Notes under the pieces: model-generated | Databases searched by the model: none | Told to the model about the DNA's origin: nothing | Seen by the model: only the letters and a program-made list of their open reading frames with translations | Made by a program: the position numbers and the translations under genes | Part shown: positions 61,201-64,000 of the stretch, one piece after another | Layout: each line of letters begins with the position of its first letter | Numbering within the stretch: position 1 is the first letter of the stretch | Assembly (NCBI GenBank): GCA_965178125.1 | Contig: OZ237746.1 | Location: 806,001-870,000 of the forward strand | Reading direction: 5' to 3' | Source: Bilabrum cf. latius | Lineage: Eukaryota | Length of the DNA: 64,000 bases

Positions 61201-64000
61201 TCACCGAGTCCATGCGCTGCGTGCCGTCGCGGGGCAGGGTGCTTCCCAAGCAGACGGTCACCCTGCAGCTGAGGCTGCTGCCCGGCCTACCCGGCAAGAT
61301 TGAGGAGACCGTGCTGCTGCGGGTGGGCCACCTGGAGCCGCAGGCAATCCAGGTGCGCGCCAACGCGGTGTTTCCGCTGGTGACGCTCCCGGGGCTCCGG
61401 CGGAGAGACGCCCTCGAGTGGTCTCAGGCGGTGGAGGATGCCGAGGCCGAGCTGGTGAGGCAGGAGGGGGCCAGGCAGCGGGAGGCGGCGGTGCAGGCCC
61501 AGAGGGTGGCCCTCATGGTGGACGACCCGGAGGCATAGCAGGAGCAGGTGCAGGGCACTGCGGGGCTCAGGGGGGATGCCTCGATGAGCACCGTGGACTC
61601 GGCCTCGTCCAGCCTGGTGCTGCTGCCGCCGCTCGGCGGCGGGGATGACTCGGGTGTTGGTGCGAGCGGCGGCAGCTCCCAAGCCGATGTGGGCGGGAGC
61701 GGGGGCACGCAAGGTGCACCACCACAACCACCGTTGCGAGGCGGCGGCGGGGACGATGACGACGGCTTCGAGCCCCTGGACGGCGGGCAGCAGCTACCAT
61801 CGGGCGTCTCGCTAGCGGACGCAGCCGCGGCTCAGGAGGAGAGGGAGGACCAGGCGGCTGGGCTCAGCACCGCGAGGGGGGGGCCTTCGTCCAGGCAGGG
61901 AACAGGGGGCCGCAGCACCCGGGGGTCCGATGGGGCTCTGGGCGAGTCCCACGATCTCCCCGTGGACGTTGTTCCCCAGGGCCCGGCCTACCCCGAGGGC
62001 TGGACCTCGGACGGGCGGCCCCCGCTGGAGCTGGTGGAGGCAGAGGCCACGAGGGCGCTCTTCGTGCGGTTCCTCAGGGAACAAGAGGTCGAGCTGGCCG
62101 AGACGGCGATGAGGAAATCCAGGGCAGCCAGCAGGCGGGCGGCATCCAGGGCGGGCGTGGGCGGGCCAGGGCCCGGATCCGTCTCAATGCCCAGGGCTCC
62201 ATCTGCCGCCGCCTCCATGGTCTCGTCGTCGACGGTGAGGGGCGCCACCGCCACCGCAGCCGTGCAGCTGCCCGGGGGCCTGGCGCCGCGCGAGAGGGAC
62301 GCACTCGTCAGGCGGCACGTGACCGGTCGGTTCGTGTGCGATCTGGGGGCGGCGCATCGGGGGTCGGGGCGGCGGCAGCGCACGATAGAGCTCAAGAACG
62401 TGGGCGGGCGGGCGGCCAGTGTCACCGCCGACACGGGCCGGATGGCAGAGCTGGGCATGCGCATGGACCCCGGTAAGGTGGCCAGGCTGGCACCCGGCGA
62501 CAGCGCCAGTGTGACGATTGCGTACCAGGTGCCCCGCCGCGCCAAGCTTGGCGTCCACGAGATCGAGGCCGTGCTGAGCTGCCCGGGGGGGCCCTCGGCC
62601 GTGCTCGTGGTGAGGCTGCACGTGACGGAGCCCGCGCTGCAGGTGTACCCCAGGGTGCTGGACTTCGGGTGCATTGCACTGGAGCACGAGCGGATCGAGC
62701 CGGTGCTGCTGATCAACCCGACCCCCCTGCCGGTGCAGTGGGAGAGGGGCCAGCTGACGACTCTGTCGCCGGACAAGAAGGAGGAGGGCGAGCTGTTCCA
62801 GGTAGACCCCCCCGAGGGCGGCATCGTGCCGGCCAACGGGGCCTCACTCGTCACACTGAGGTTCGCGCCCACGCCCCGGCTGGCGATGAAGCCCCCGCCA
62901 AAGGCGAAAAGCAGGGGGGCGCGCACCGCCAGCCGGGGAACACGTTCGGGGGGGGTAAGGGACGCGGCAAGCGGGCGCCACCGCCCTGCCGCTGTGGCGG
63001 GGATCTGCCTCCGGTTGCGACCGGTGGGCGCCCCCGCCGGGGCCGCCTCCCAGATGCCCAAGAAACTGACTCCCCCGAAGGAACTGACCACGGGCGGACA
63101 CGGGCCCACCGGCGGGCCGGGCCCCGGCGCCACCCAGGCTACCCCCCTCGTGACTGCTCCCCTCCTGTGGGCAAGGGGAGCCACCGAGCTGCTGTCCGTG
63201 CAGGTGGACCCCCCGCGCCTGGACCTCGGCCACGTGCTGCCTGCGGGCGGCAGGGTGGTCAAAGGCGAAGGTGGCGAGGGTGGTCCGTCCAGCGGTGCCG
63301 GCGGTCCGCCAGGAAGCGGGGAAGCGGCTTCCTCATCGTCCAGCGATGGATCCGCCCCTTCGCCTCCGGGGCCCTACGACGCACACGCGCTCGTCACACT
63401 GCGGAACCCCTCCGATTCCCGCTGGATGGAGGTGGCGGCGCCGCAGCTCGACGCTCAGCTCCAAGCGGAACAGGCTGTGCTGTACGCCGCGGGGCAGCTG
63501 CTGGCTCGCGGGGTGGACCTGTCCTCTGGTTTGGACGAGGACGACACGGCTGGGCTGGGCGTCGGTATGGGAGGGGGAGGTGGCGGCGGTGGGCTGTTTG
63601 GCGGGATGTTGGGCGGTGGCGTGCTGCGGCTGCCCCCCCACGTGCCCGGGGAGGGCCTTCCGCGGTGGCTGCTGCAGGCAGTGAGCCAGGCGGGGCAGGA
63701 ACAGGGGCAGGAGGCCGGGGGTGCTGGCGGGGGCATGGAGCCTCCTGCCTTCAGAGGAGCTGCTGAATAGGAGGATTAGCAGGTGCAGGAGCTATAGGCG
63801 GGTGACACAGGAAACCGGGGCTAGGGTCCTCCTCCCCGGTGGCCCGCCGGTCCACCGGTGGATCGGTCCCCCCGCGCCGCAAGCTCCGCACTCCGTATGC
63901 TGGGCAAGGCAGTGACCGTGGCCGTGTCGGCGCCCCCCTGCGGAGGGGAGGGGCAGGTGGCCGGGGCGCTTGCAGACAAGCTGTCCGGGCCTGTGCTCAC
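55208..64000 (+). CDS. HYDIN: HYDIN-like axonemal central-pair protein (5' part; exon 55208-55690, then 55968 to beyond the window)
   Basis: ITE|LLDL...IFVPLP...LILRNTDRVPRRVRV...DYAHDLTIVTEREKFIVPLRAVGPRAFL matches the HYDIN N-terminus as I recall it. Tandem ASH/Ig-like modules follow, with a degenerate P-loop-like segment at the window end. 10 in-frame TAGs and no TAA/TGA. Confidence 0.88.
55691..55967 (+). other. Spliceosomal intron (277 nt, phase 0) in HYDIN
   Basis: GAG|GTGAGA...pyrimidine tract...CCGCAG|CTG; the join gives KITELLDL. Confidence 0.8.

Noticed and set aside
1-64000. Mass pseudogenisation or C-to-T hypermutation as the cause of the internal stops
   Set aside because: That would also create TGA and TAA stops and frameshifts. 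The internal stops are exclusively TAG, including in HYDIN, and only one frameshift was found.

Overview
GC-rich, gene-dense, intron-poor nuclear DNA of a flagellated eukaryote: it has GT-AG introns, a HYDIN gene and a V-ATPase c subunit. A heterotrophic protist, perhaps a stramenopile, is my unverified impression. The key observation is a non-standard nuclear genetic code. About 100 in-frame TAG codons (hand count) interrupt otherwise continuous genes and fall on Gln columns of IQ, ARM, FG-GAP and LRR repeats. All 11 gene ends I can see are TGA, and I found no in-frame TAA inside any intact gene model. This points to UAG=Gln, uncoupled from UAA. Read this way, the fragmented ORF track collapses into 13 genes: a Zn-finger-like hypothetical protein (partial), a probable mitochondrial hypothetical protein, a TM-RING-H2 ligase, an LRR-IQ-B-box-WW protein, a PINK1-like kinase fused to ARM repeats, a GT1 glycosyltransferase-FkbM methyltransferase fusion, a VOC/glyoxalase-family protein, V-ATPase subunit c, two tandem RNI-like LRR paralogs (one frameshifted), a ~4960-aa surface protein with 5x6 FG-GAP repeats and a multipass membrane domain, a senescence/spartin-domain protein, and HYDIN (partial). 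Four short DNA motifs, two of them palindromes, are also strikingly over-represented across unrelated genes. All counts and translations were done by eye, with no database searches.
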